Shown here: positions 1 to 11,320 of the stretch, piece after piece
Layout: every line of letters starts with the position of its first letter
How positions within the stretch are numbered: position 1 is the stretch's first letter
DNA from: Vicugna vicugna
Lineage: Eukaryota
Assembly (NCBI GenBank): GCA_013265495.1
Contig: MU058252.1
Location: 1,088,244 to 1,152,243, forward strand
Reading direction: 5' to 3'
Length of the DNA: 64,000 bases
The notes under the pieces: model-generated
What the model was told of the DNA's origin: nothing
The model's input: the letters and a program-made list of their open reading frames with translations, nothing else
Database searches by the model: none
Translations under genes and position numbers: made by a program

Positions 1-350
1 AAACTCTTGATCTGTTGACTTTTGACAGCATCATTTGACACTTCCTTGTATGACGAGAATGTGAATACCCCTTTCCCTTCTACTTTTTCCCCACTTTTTC
101 TTCGGTAAGCTATTTCATGGTATCAGGGTTGCTAACTTCTTGAGTTGGGTGTTTAGATTTTGTAAATTTCCCATCTTTTTTCTAGTAGGTATTTAGGATG
201 ATAAATTTTCTTCTAATCAGGACTTTAGTGGCATCCCACAAATTATGATACATCATTTTTTATCATTTATTTCAAAATATTTTCATTGTTTTCAAAATAG
301 TCATTGTCACGTCTTCTCTGACCTGTAGATTATTTAGCAGTGCATTTATT

Positions 351-555
351 TATTTTTTAACTTTTTTTTCTTGAGTTACAGTCATTTTACAATGTTGTGT
401 CTAATTCCAGTGTAGGGCACAGTTTTTCAGTTATGCATGAACATATATATATTCATTGTCACATTTTTTTGCTGTGAGCTACCATAAGATCTTGTATATA
501 TTTCCCTGTGCTGTACAGTATAATCTTGTTTATCTGTTCTACATTTTGAAATCCG
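351..555 (-). mobile_element. Young 5'-truncated L1 3'-end insertion with 15-bp target-site duplication
   Basis: AGCAGTGCATTTATT at 336-350 and 556-570 flanks the element; T-rich tail at 351-370; body is the reverse complement of the same family at 14895-15026. Confidence 0.85.
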
Positions 556-1482
556 AGCAGTGCATTTATTATTTTATAGACATATGGAAATTTTATAGTT
601 GTTATTTAATCCTAGCTTAATTATACTGTGGTCAAAATCTGTATTTTCTGCAATTAAAGATGGGATTCTGTATCATTTGGGTCGAGCTTATTGTGTTATT
701 CAAATATTTTACGTTCTTTTTAGTTTTTAATTTACATATCAGTTATTGAAAATGGTGTATTAATTTCCCACTGCAATTATGTGTCTGTTTCTCCTTGCAC
801 TTCTTTATATGTTTTCTTCATATATTTTGAGGCTTTATTAATAGATGCATGACAATATAGAATTATTAAATCTTCTGGTAAGTGATACCATTTACCATTA
901 TGCATCTTTCATTCTATACTTCTAGAGTAGTGAAACTTCTGCTTTATAGGCTGATGTTAATATGGCTGTTCCAGCTTCGTTTTGGTTAGTACTTGGTTGT
1001 GTAATTTTTCTTTTGCTGTCAGTCTTTCTGTGGTCTCATATTTAGATGTGTCCCTTGTAAGCAGCATGTAGTTGCCTTTGTTTTGTTTTTAAAACAGTGT
1101 GGAAAACTGTCTTTTAACTAGGGCATTCAGTTAACTATGTTCAGTCATATTACTTACATTTTTGTGTTTATGATTACAGTGGTACTGTTTACTTTGTATC
1201 TGTTATACTCTTTTTTCTCTTCTCTTTCTTTTGGTCTGAGTTACGGTTATTCTGTTCCCAACTGCCACCTCATTATTGAACATTATGGATTCTTACATAC
1301 GTTTCCCCTTTTGTGTTACTCTTTATCCTTTCTGCAGCTGCAGGCTTCCACCTAGGATTTATTTTCATTCTGACTAAGGAGCACATTTTAGTATTTCTTT
1401 TGGTTGGACCTTTAGGTGATTACTGCTCTCTTTTTCTGAAAATGCCTTTGTTTCACCATGATTCTGAAGAATCATTTTATTT

Positions 1483-1660
1483 GATACTCAGTTCTAGATT
1501 TGAAATTCAGTCCTGAATTATTAACTCAGTTCTAGATCAACACTCAGTTCTAGATTGATACTCAGCTTTAGATTGGTGCTCAGTTCTAGATTGATTTTAT
1601 TTGATATTCAGATTCTAGATACTCAGTTCTAGATCGATACTCATTTCTAGATTTCAGTTC
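1483..1660. repeat. Degenerate minisatellite, ~18-bp unit GATACTCAGTTCTAGATT, about 9-10 copies
   Basis: Core ACTCAGTTCTAGAT recurs head to tail with small variants, read directly from the sequence. Confidence 0.9.
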
Positions 1661-2227
1661 ATATTCTTTCAGGACTGAAGATACCATTCAAGAACCTTCT
1701 GGCTTCCACTGTTTCTGGTGAGAAGTCATCAACTATCTTATTTTTGTTTCTTTGAAGGTAATCTCTCTTATTGGCTGCTTACATTTTTTTTCTGTGTCAG
1801 AAGTGTTTTTCAGATGTACATAAACTTGGTTTCTTTATTGATAGCATCTAATTATTTGCCAAATTCTCAGTCTTATCTTTTATGCTTGAATATATTGAGC
1901 AGTTATTTTAAAGTCTCTGCCTGAGAACTCCACTACATGAAACCCTGCACGTCTGTCACTGTTGTAGACTGTTTTCTCTTTCCTTCCATGTGGTTTATCT
2001 TTACCCTAACTGCCTGGTCATCTGTTAGTTGGCTTGCTTAGTTTTGTTCAATGCCAGACATTGTACATGAAAAATTACAGAAACACTTTCATAGGTGGGG
2101 TGATGTTTTCTCCCTGCAGAGAATTTTGCTTCATTCTGGACACTAGAATTTGTGACCACCTGATGCAGTTTCAGGAAGTGAGGTGACCGGAAGCCGAGCC
2201 TGAGTCGCTGCGAGGGCCGGTCTGCAT

Positions 2228-2410
2228 CAGAGTCTCTCCTCAGATGCGGCATTGTTAACCTTCCGCGCCAGACAGTTCTTCGTGGCAGGGGCTCTCTTGT
2301 GCATTTTAGCATATTTAGGAGCGTACTTGGCCTAAACCCATCAGATGCAGTAGCACACCCCCCACCCATTGTGACAGCTGAAAATGTCTCCATGTGACAG
2401 TTCATGAAAT
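2228..2410 (-). mobile_element. MER20-like hAT-Charlie MITE
   Basis: GGGGCTCTCTTGTGCATTTTAGCATATTTAGGAGC...GATGCAGTAGCACACCCC...TTGTGACAGCTGAAAATGTCTCCA resembles the reverse complement of MER20 as I recall it. Confidence 0.7.
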
Positions 2411-2823
2411 GTTTGCTTGAAAGCTACTCGCCTAGCACATGTTGAGCCCCATTCAAAGTATGGGGTTTGTCTGGTCTCTCCTTGGCAGGCCCTAGAGCCC
2501 AGTTTTTACCCTGGTGGCTCTGCGAGACAGACTATCAAAAGGAATTAAATAATTCAGGTGAATTTCTGTCAACGGTAGTTACAGCTATTTAAAAAGCAAT
2601 TTTGATGCTTAGAAAAGTAGCCTTCATTTGCCAGGTATCTAGTAATATAGAAGATTCAGTTACATGGCCCAGCTCATTCCCAATAAATTAAATCAAATGT
2701 TTCATAATATTTAATCTAGTTTTTATTAGTTATGTTCCAAAGCAGCACTGAATTTTTTTTAAAACAAAAACAGTAGGTAATTGAATCTATAGAACTGGTA
2801 CAGTAATTGTGTTCTTTTCCTAG

Positions 2824-2941
2824 GTCACCGACAATGGCTGGAGGATTGTTTGCCATGAACAGAAACTATTTCAATGAACTTGGACAGTATGACAGTGGCA
2901 TGGATATCTGGGGAGGGGAAAACTTAGAAATATCATTTCGG
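2824..2941 (+). CDS. GALNT11: GALNT11 internal exon ([39 protein letters not shown]), catalytic domain Gal/GalNAc-T motif
   Basis: ttttcctag acceptor, gtaatt donor, 118 nt; [13 protein letters not shown] is the ppGalNAc-T signature. Upstream exons lie outside the window. Confidence 0.97.
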
Positions 2942-3249
2942 GTAATTTTTTTTACATGCTTAATTGTTAGCTTTGTGTGCAGTAAGAGTATGATTTCTAT
3001 CTGTGATCCCATATTTTGTAATAAATTCTCTTTGATTATCTTTATTAACAAATTGTCCTTAATGAAGACTACTTTATCGTAATCTATGATATGGATAATA
3101 CCCATTCAAAATAGTAAAAGCCTATAAGAAGCTTTCTTTTACCTTATAAGAACTTGAAGGGCTAGTTGTAATGAATGTTTGGGTATAAATTCGTACTTAG
3201 GGTACATTTACTCTAGAGTTCTGTTCTTTGTGTATTAATCTTATAGTTG

Positions 3250-3381
3250 AGGGTCATCAGATTTTCCTGATGGCCCAAGACCATCCTGGTTCACACCTGT
3301 TCTCCTTGAGAAATTATTAATAGCTCCCCACTTCACTTTCAGGTGTAGCCTAGTTTATATGACAGCTTATATCAACACCCC
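3250..3381. mobile_element. MER94-like hAT-Blackjack MITE
   Basis: ~130 bp bounded by AGGGTCA...CACCC with internal AATTATTAATAGCTCCCCACTTCACTTTCA. Confidence 0.6.
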
Positions 3382-4308
3382 ATGTATAGCTTACCAAATC
3401 CTTTAAATACAGGTACCTCCAACCTGAGGAAGAAATGCACCTTTCATAGTCTCTTCTCTAATTGCTAAGATTGGAAAGATAACAATTAGGGGTGGGGTCT
3501 CTGGCTCAGGCTGCCGTGGTGGTGGTAAGACAGTCTTTGGAAAAGGCAGAAAGAGGGCAAGGAGAACTCAAGTTTCCGCCTCTTAGCAGGTGTCCTCATT
3601 CCCCACCTCCCACTGCCGGGTCTGTGTAACAAACCCCCGCGCAGATACTGTAATACCACGTGGGTATGTCATTTTGTGTTTTTGCAAATGTACTGACCAC
3701 TGTGTTTTTAAAAGGCAATTTTCCTACATAATCTTAACAATTTGAAAGTTGAAAGGTATAATAGATATTATTAGTTCAGTCTTATTTTGTAGATAAAGTA
3801 ATTGAGTCCCATAAAAAGCAAACTAACTGTATAAAGTAAAAGGTAAAATTTAGACCAGAACTAAAATCTTTTGAATCTTAATCTAGAGTTATTCTGTATA
3901 TTTTATTAAAATTTTTTCCCTAAAAGACAGTGCATATTTGTATTTTATGAGGAAATACCCATAAAAGTGAGATTAAAGGACCAGTTTGTAAATATTCTTT
4001 GTACCTAAATTCTGAAGGTCAACTTCCTTTATCTGTTAAAACAAATGTCTGGTAAAGTGTAATTTTAGACAACAGGTAGGAAAAGAGTATTACGTCTTAG
4101 AGTTTTCTTTTCTTTTTATTCATAAAGACATAATTTTTTAAAATATACCCTTTGACTTTAGTATATTTGAATAGTTATATACTATAAGATAAAACATCTT
4201 TCAAGGTTTCACAAGCACCTGTTTAAGAAAGATTAATTTCATGGTGATTCATACATGGGTCTCACAGCGCTGTGAGGGACTGTTAACACATACTTTGCTT
4301 CTGGCCAG

Positions 4309-4461
4309 ATTTGGATGTGTGGAGGGAAACTCTTCATCATCCCTTGCTCTAGAGTCGGACACATTTTCCGGAAAAGGCGACCATATGGTTCCCCTGAGGG
4401 CCAGGACACCATGACACACAACTCCTTGAGGCTGGCACATGTCTGGCTAGATGAATACAAG
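4309..4461 (+). CDS. GALNT11: GALNT11 internal exon ([26 protein letters not shown]...[10 protein letters not shown])
   Basis: ccag acceptor, gtgaga donor, 153 nt, phase 0-0; [10 protein letters not shown] is conserved in ppGalNAc-Ts. Confidence 0.97.
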
Positions 4462-4882
4462 GTGAGATTCAGTTTCTGGTTGAGAAGGATGAGTGACAAG
4501 GCCAGATGCTCCCTTGGGGATGGCTTTGGTTTCTCTCTTTCCTGTTTCTGTTTAGGAATTTCGGTTTGATGACATTTGCTCTAGAGCCACCTCTTTTCCA
4601 GGTTTCTTTTCTCCCTTCTCTTCACCCAGTTTTCCCCTCATTTTTGGTTCTCACTCTTCTTTTGATTTTCCAAGTGACCCATCTATAAGAGGTAATGTAG
4701 CCAACATCAGAAGAAATTCTGTTTCTTTATCCCTCCTGTCCCTCTCCTGTGACTCCCACAGAACCTGGCTTCTCTCCTGTGTTCACTGGGCTTCGCTCTG
4801 ACCCAGTCCCACTGCCTTCCCATTCAGGCTCTGCACTGGTCTTATTCCTTCCTGCGTCCTCTTCTGCCGTGTGCAGCTTTGT

Positions 4883-5070
4883 AACAGCTTTATTGAGGTA
4901 TGATTCATAAATAATTTTTAGGACATTTTGTCGCCCCCAAAAGAAGCTCCAAGTCCTTCAGCCATCATCCTTTCCCAGCATCCCACAGCCCTGGACAGCC
5001 ACTGAGCTGCCTTCTGGCTCCATAGATGGGCCTGTTCTGGACACTGGCGGTATCTGGAAGAACATCACAA
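4883..5070 (-). mobile_element. L1MB-like 3' end fragment
   Basis: AACAGCTTTATTGAGGTATGATTC terminus and CCCCCAAAAGAAGCTCC...CAGCCCTGGACAGCCACT...TGGGCCTGTTCTGGACA. Confidence 0.65.
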
Positions 5071-5074
5071 CCCA

Positions 5075-5644
5075 GTGGGCCAGTATTTTCTAAATGCTTA
5101 ATGTGTGATGTTAAAAAATCTTGTGTGGGCAAAGATCCATCTAAAGAGCAATACGGACTAGTAGAGTTTAATGCAACAATAGGAAGCTATTCCAACCTTA
5201 AAAGTTACTGAGTTTTGGTATAGTGTCAGAAAAGAATAGCCATAATTACTTGACAGTTATTAAAATATTTCTGCCATTTTAAACTACATATTTTCATGAA
5301 GTCATATTTTTAAAAATACATTTAACCAAACAACATATAGTAACAGATTGAGTGCAGGTACGAGAACTCAGCTCACTTCTATTCAGAAGACGACATTCAG
5401 ACATCGGAAAGATTTCCGAGAATATGAAGCAGTGTCCTCAGTAATTTTGTTTTTGTTCAAAGCATGTTATTTATGCTAATAGGTAATGAGTTTGTTATTT
5501 TTAATAATTTATTGTTTCTAAACTTTAACTTCGAATACAGTAAATATCAAAAGAGATTTAACTCCTAGAAACAGAACCTCCTTGGAGTCTTCAGCAGTTT
5601 TTACTAATATAGAGTCCTGAGACCAAGGAGTTTGAGAACTGCTG
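5075..5644. mobile_element. Charlie1-like hAT DNA transposon terminal fragment
   Basis: Ends GTCCTGAGACCAAGGAGTTTGAGAACTGCTG (Charlie-type terminus); internal AAAGATCCATCTAAAG and AACAGATTGAGTGCAG resemble Charlie1. Confidence 0.65.
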
Positions 5645-5935
5645 ATCTCAAGTGTAGTCTGTCTCACTGAGTCCATGGTTTACATTTTTACATGTTTTTC
5701 CATTTCTGAAATTGGGGCATATCGTACAATTTAAGATGTCGTCTTGTTGTCAGTGATGGGCCTAATTGTGTGAAAACTTTGCAGTCACATATTCAACATC
5801 AAGAAAACACTGGCATGAAAAACGTTTTTGCTCTTAATCCATTTATTTCCGTTCTTTTAACCTCTTGTATAATTGATTATATTCGGTTTAAACAAAAAAA
5901 TCCTCTCACTTTTCACTTTTCTTTTTTAAACTCAG

Positions 5936-6154
5936 GAGCAGTATTTTTCCTTAAGACCTGATCTGAGGACCAGAAGCTATGGAAATATCAGCGAGCGTGT
6001 TGAACTGAGGAAGAAGCTAGACTGTAAATCATTTAAATGGTACTTGGATAATATTTACCCAGAGATGCAGATATCTGGGCCCAATGCCAAACCCCAGCAA
6101 CCCATTTTCGTCAATAGAGGGCCAAAACGCCCCAAAGTCCTTCAGCGTGGAAGG
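5936..6154 (+). CDS. GALNT11: GALNT11 internal exon ([44 protein letters not shown]...VLQRGR), end of catalytic domain and linker
   Basis: Pyrimidine tract plus ctcag acceptor, gtaagg donor, 219 nt, phase 0-0; CKSFKWYL motif. Translated by hand (not in the ORF track). Confidence 0.97.
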
Positions 6155-7556
6155 GTAAGGAAGTAATCTTATCAAAATACCTCATTATGTGCTGTGTGAT
6201 GTGATCAGTGACATCGTAGACTTAACGGAATGTTTAAGGATAGGCTTTCACATGCCTTCGTTATATTCGTTTTATGAGAATTTCCTCTGTTCAGGTGTAA
6301 GACCTTAGAGATGTTAGTATCTTTGCTGTTTATATTAAAATTCTTTACCTGCCAGTGTTAAAGAGAACATGACTTCTCTAAATTATATGCTAGCCTCCGA
6401 GAGGGCAGATGTCAGTGTGAATGTACAAATCCGGCAGTATAAGCAAGTGGAAATATCATTTGGCAGAGACCAGTGTGAAAAGGAAAACAAAAGGAGAAAT
6501 GGGGCAGCCACACAGTGTTGGCCTCAGCTCTGGGCACTGACTGCAGACAGGAAGTGAAGGACGGTGGTAGGGTCTGCATGGCGGCGTGAAGTCAGATTTT
6601 ACATCCAGTGTTCTGAGCGGCCATCTGTGCTTCACAGAGCACACGCTGATCAACCATAATTCTTTAGATGGTCCCCCCCTTTTTTTTAATAATTTCTTCA
6701 GTGTTATAATCACACTTCAGTTTTAGGGGTCTAGCCATAAAATCATACCTTTTTCTTAAAATCATTTCTTAGAATTGGCTTTCTGAAAATTAAGTGTAGA
6801 TATTTAATAGTTGCCTGGATTTCTCTTTTGTGTTACAGAGACACACCTCTTAGGGTTCCTTCACAATGCCAGCGATTCCTTAAGTAGCTTGAACTAAGCC
6901 TAGAGCTTTCCCCTTTCTTGTCTCTGCCTTGTAAGGTTAAAAATGTCATCAAGATGTTTATTAATTAGGTGTTTTCTCTTTGAGTGAAAATAGGTGCCTG
7001 TGTATGTTCACATAGTTGAAATCCCTTACCATGATTATTCCTGCCTTGCATAGCTGATCTCATTTAATATAAATGGATCCTTTTATGCAGACTAGATGCT
7101 CTTTGCTTCTTTATGTGTCTCACCCTCTGGCGTTTGTAACCTATATTTACATCCAGTGTAGTATGTACATTACATTTAATTTTGTACTGTCTGGTTTATA
7201 CCTTTTGTTCTTATTTCCATAGCTTCATTTGAAGGTGCTTTAGTGCAGAGATGGTATTTTCATTCCTCTCCTGTAGTAGATTAGTAAACTTGTACCTTTA
7301 GGTAGAATTTCTCCTTGACACTGCCTGCGTATATCGTTAAAACTGCCTAAACCTTGAAGCCTCTGTTGTGATGCTCTTAGGAGTGAAGCTAGAATTCAGT
7401 AGTAAAAGATAGTTACTTTTTTACCTTTAGAATTCGTACCTCTGGAATAATATTCATGTTTCATCTGAAACCCCCTTTTCTGGGATTCTAAGGTGTCTTT
7501 TGACTTGGGTCTCTCTAAATGTGCCAGGTTGCCCAGAGCAGTCTCTTCTTTTACAG

Positions 7557-7661
7557 CTCTATCACCTCCAGACCAACAAGTGTCTGGTGGCCCAGGGCCG
7601 CCCAAGTCAGAAAGGAGGCCTGGTGGTGCTTAAGGCGTGCGACTACCGTGACGCCAGTCAG
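7557..7661 (+). CDS. GALNT11: GALNT11 internal exon ([35 protein letters not shown]), ricin-B alpha subdomain
   Basis: ttttacag acceptor, gtgagt donor, 105 nt, phase 0-0. Confidence 0.96.
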
Positions 7662-8650
7662 GTGAGTGTGCCTCGGGGCTCACAGCAGCCCTCGGGAGGG
7701 GTCCTGCGGTGAGGGGCAGCTGCTGGCACCCCCCCTTGAGGAGGGATGGGTGGACTGCCTTTTCCTAAATTATATTATTGGGAATGATTTTAAAGGTCAT
7801 CTAATACTGTTTTCGTCTCGTTTATTTCCCCTACCTCTGCTCATTGTCATAGTCACATTTTTTAGAGCATTATTTGTACTTTGTAATTATACAGAATGAA
7901 TTTGAATTATGTAGAATGAATTGAAAGCCATATGAATTTGTTAGAAATGGCAAAGGAAGTGTACGTTCTTTCTGGCCAAGAACGTATGTATCATATATGA
8001 GATACATATGTATAAACCTGCATTGGATGAGTCAGAATACCTTTTGTAGTGTTTTTCCGCAGTCAAGTTTTACTGATTATCAGTAGTTCATCAGAGGAAC
8101 CACAACACAGTTTCAGTTCATTTCATTCACATAATTTATTATCAGGTTGTATGTGTCCTTTCTGTGGTGTTAAGTGAACCTAAAAATAAGCAAAAACCTT
8201 GTTACGACTGCTTTGTGTCTGGTAAAACACCGTAGCCCCCAGGGGCCTGCTCTTCGGGCCATAGGGCCTCAGGCCTGCAGCGCTCAGCACATGCCCCCAG
8301 TAAGCAAGCTCCAGTTAGGTGCTTACATTTCCCTCTGAGTGGTGGGCTGGGGTCATTCAAGATGTAAAGAACACTTGGCCTTTTTAGAATAGTGTGTCCT
8401 TCGAAATTTCATAGAACACATTTTAGTTCTAGGAGAGTTCGTGCACACTAAGATGTTAACATGCTGGAAAACATGGTTTAAAAAGGTTTCCATGCCGTAT
8501 GTGGGTAGGAGATGTGTCAGTGTTGTAGACACAGAAGTGTTAAATTGCAGGGCGTTCTGTTGGTTTCTGAAATTCATTCCAGAAAATGTAGGAAGTTTGA
8601 GGAGATGGAGTTACACTCTCCTGTCCGTACTGTGTTGTGACCGTACAGAA

Positions 8651-8860
8651 CTGTACTGACACCCTGGCCACTAGCCACGTGTGGCTGTTGAACTTTAAAC
8701 TAATTAAAGTAATTGAAATGAAATAAACAGATCATTCCCACAGTCACACTTGCCGCATTTCCAGTGCTCCGTGGCCGCACGTAGGCCGGTGGCTCCCGTG
8801 TTAGGCCGGCGCAGGTTGCGAAGCGCTTGAGTCGTCACAGGAGGCCCTGTTACGGCACTG
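8651..8860. mobile_element. MER3-like hAT-Charlie MITE
   Basis: GCCACTAGCCACGTGTGGCTGTTGAACTTTAAACTAATTAAA...GCATTTCCAGTGCTC...GTGGCTCCCGTGTT, the internally repeated palindromic MER3/MER33 pattern. Confidence 0.7.
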
Positions 8861-9669
8861 CTGGGCTTCCCTTCATGTTACCAGGGGTAGTGCACACACG
8901 TTTGGGGGCTGTAGGTAGAAGTGGCAGTGAATAAAATAATCCAGAGGGTAGAAGAAAATGTTTCCTTTTGGATTTAGTGATGGTGCATGTTGGAGAATCA
9001 ATTTATTCATTGCACTTAATTTCAGGCCTTTGTTCCTGAAAATAATCTGAGAGACTGTAAAGAAGTCTATCCTGAAAGATCATTTGTACATCTAAGGAGA
9101 ATTGTGCTTCAGAGCTGTCAGGATGAAATCATAATCTAAGTCCAAATACTGTGACCCCTAGTCCTACAGGGTAACAGGTTAGCATGTGACGTTCCACAGG
9201 AGGATGTGGCGTAACAGCGCATGCACGTCACCACTGCCCAGCAGGTGAGAAGACGTGAAACCCAGAGCCTTACGTGTGCTCTGTCTGCAGAAGTCAGACC
9301 AGCAGCTTTGTTTTGGGCTCCTTCAGTTCTTAGGCAGTCAGGAATTAAAAGCATTGTATGATTGTGGAATCCTGGAACTAGAAAAGATCGGCAGTCACAT
9401 GCTCAGTTCAGTTCAGTCAGGTTAATTCAGCCACTGCTTACATCTCTTCCTGGGACTGACTGCGCGTCCCTTTCTCCTGTGTTAGTTCATTTCATTTCAG
9501 ATGACTGAGTTGATACGCCTCCGGATAACTCCAGTACACTGGTCTGTTCCTGCTGTATGAGGCCATACAGAATAAATCCACTGTTCCACAAATGTGTGAA
9601 GTGTCTTGCAGTCTGAATTTCAGAATCTAAAGCAGAACCTGGGGTTTGATCTTTTATTTTCTTCCTTAG

Positions 9670-9807
9670 GTCTGGATTTATAATGAAGAGCATGAGTTGG
9701 TTTTAAATAATCTCCTTTGCCTGGATATGTCAGAAACCCGTTCATCGGACCCACCACGGCTCATGAAGTGCCACGGGTCAGGAGGATCCCAGCAGTGGAC
9801 CTTTGGG
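9670..9807 (+). CDS. GALNT11: GALNT11 penultimate exon ([46 protein letters not shown]), ricin-B beta subdomain
   Basis: cttccttag acceptor, gtgagg donor, 138 nt, phase 0-0; CLD and QxW motifs. Confidence 0.97.
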
Positions 9808-10044
9808 GTGAGGCGCTTGTTCAGTGGTGATGCAAGGACGTGTGGAGAGGCTGAGTGAGGGAGCTGGGCCGAGGGCCTCACTCTGCCCTGTGGACGGTGC
9901 TCCTGAGTTTGCAGTGTCCTGTGAACAATCTTAAATGTCCCACATCTCTTCTAGGTTTCTGTCTGTTTACCATATTCTGACAATACATTTTTTAAGTGAA
10001 AGCAAATAACTGGTGTTTTTTTCTTGGTATCACTTCTTTCTCAG

Positions 10045-10176
10045 AGGAATAATCGACTGTACCAGGTGTCAGTTGGACAGTGCCTGGGAGTGGCTGATCC
10101 GCTGAGTCACAGAGGCTCTGTTGCCATGGCAATCTGTGATGGCTCCTCCTCGCAGCAGTGGCACTTGGAAGGTTAA
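10045..10176 (+). CDS. GALNT11: GALNT11 last coding exon ([43 protein letters not shown]), ricin-B gamma subdomain
   Basis: ttctttctcag acceptor; 44 codons ending TAA 10174-10176; QxW motif. Confidence 0.97.
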   Translation, partial: RNNRLYQVSVGQCLGVADPLSHRGSVAMAICDGSSSQQWHLEG

Positions 10177-10735
10177 GGTTGGTGCCGTGTCTGGAGTGGT
10201 TTGTCCTGCTCGCCCGCAACGTGGAGATGCCTGGGGAGATCAGCAGAGGTGAGACAGCATACGCAGTAGAGATTGGAGGGCCAGATGACCACCAGGAGGT
10301 GAAGAAGTGTGTTTCTCCAGGACGTTCAGGTCCTCTCCGAGCTGCTGTTAAGAAATTTCTTGCTTGTGGTAGGAAACCAGAATACAGTTTTAACTTTTTG
10401 AAGAGCCAGGTTTGTACAGGATAAAGCCCAGGAAATTGACATGTCTGTTCAAAGTTATTTATGCTTCTTTTTAATCCTCTTTGATAATGGAGTAGCGTCT
10501 GTCTCATCAGGAACTTGTCATGATTTCCTTTCTTAGAACATTTCATAGGTGACAGTTTTATTTTTATTACCATGTTCTAAATAGTTTTAATTAAAATGAA
10601 TCCACATTACTTTTAACTTCAGAAGGCATCATTTATAAGATTATATTTAAGAGGCAGTTAGCTATTATAAATTATTTTGATGAATTATGGTATTATCTAC
10701 ATTTACAATAAAGGAGCCTTTTGATTATTTACGAG
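10177..10735 (+). other. GALNT11: GALNT11 3'UTR (end approximate)
   Basis: From the stop codon to ~20 nt past AATAAA; AT-rich distal part. Confidence 0.75.
10707..10712 (+). promoter_or_regulatory. GALNT11 polyadenylation signal AATAAA (alternative ATTAAA at 10590-10595)
   Basis: First AATAAA I found after the stop; followed by a GT/T-rich downstream element (GGGTTTTTTGTCTGCTCTTTC). Confidence 0.8.
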
Positions 10736-10869
10736 GGTTTTTTTGTCTGCTCTTTCATCTTCTGTTGGGGCCTCCGGTGTGAGTTGCCCTGCATACATGA
10801 TAAATGGTAAGAAAGGCCCTGGGATTTGGCTGATGAACCAGTACACGAGGTAGCAGACCTAACCTTAGC

Positions 10870-11045
10870 GATTTTCAGTTTCTTAGCTTGAACTATGTAA
10901 ATTTGAAGCTGAAGGCGTGTGACTTTGGATACTTTAAAGATGCCTGTGAAACCTCCAGGTAGAGTTGTGAAATAGGTATTTGGATACAGAGGTCAGGATT
11001 TCAGACGATAACCTCAATTAAAGATCTAAATTTAGGAATCATCTT
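10870..11045 (-). mobile_element. L2 LINE fragment
   Basis: AGATGCCTGTGAAACCTCCAGGTAGAGTTGTGAAATAGGTATTTGGATAC...AAAGATCTAAATTTAGGAATCATC resembles antisense L2. Confidence 0.6.
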
Positions 11046-11244
11046 TATATATTATAAATGCCAAAATATAAAGTGAGGTTTTTTCCACCAAAATTACGTC
11101 TCAGAGGAGACATAGTCTCATAGTACAGGGTATTTTCTTGAACCACAAAGCAGTTTAAGCAGCATATTGGAAACATGTTGGAGAATAATATATTCTGTAT
11201 CTATATACTGAACATTTTATCTGTAATTCGGTTTTGAAGACCAG

Positions 11245-11320
11245 ATGGTACCTATAGAAGACAAAAAGCAAGATGGAAGATTTAAACACAACAAAATCAG
11301 TAATCACGTTAAATGTAAAA
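11245..11320 (+). mobile_element. Old L1 ORF2 start fragment, left part of an element that resumes at ~16020
   Basis: AGCAAGATGGAAGATTTAAACACAACAAAATCAGTAATCACGTTAAATGTAAA corresponds to the ORF2 N-terminal ITLNV motif. Confidence 0.65.

Larger units (their letters stand above)
120..2100 (-). mobile_element. Old, decayed LINE-1 (L1M-type) fragment, ORF1/ORF2-endonuclease region, antisense to GALNT11
   Basis: T-rich tract with recognisable antisense L1 segments, e.g. TCTTCATATATTTTGAGGCTTTATTAATAGATGCAT (~816) and CTTCTGGCTTCCACTGTTTCTGGTGAGAAGTC (~1696). No intact ORF. Boundaries approximate. Confidence 0.7.

Noticed and set aside
1483..1660. CRISPR-like appearance of short repeats with a palindromic core
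   Set aside because: Units are head to tail with no unique spacers, there are no cas genes, and the context is a mammalian intron.
9403..9420. TCAGTTCAGTTCAGTC resembling the (AGTTC)n tail of ruminant BovB-derived elements
   Set aside because: Only about three units and no adjacent element body.
9992..10573. 193-aa minus-strand ORF overlapping the GALNT11 last exon and 3'UTR
   Set aside because: Antisense shadow with no recognisable domain or splice structure.
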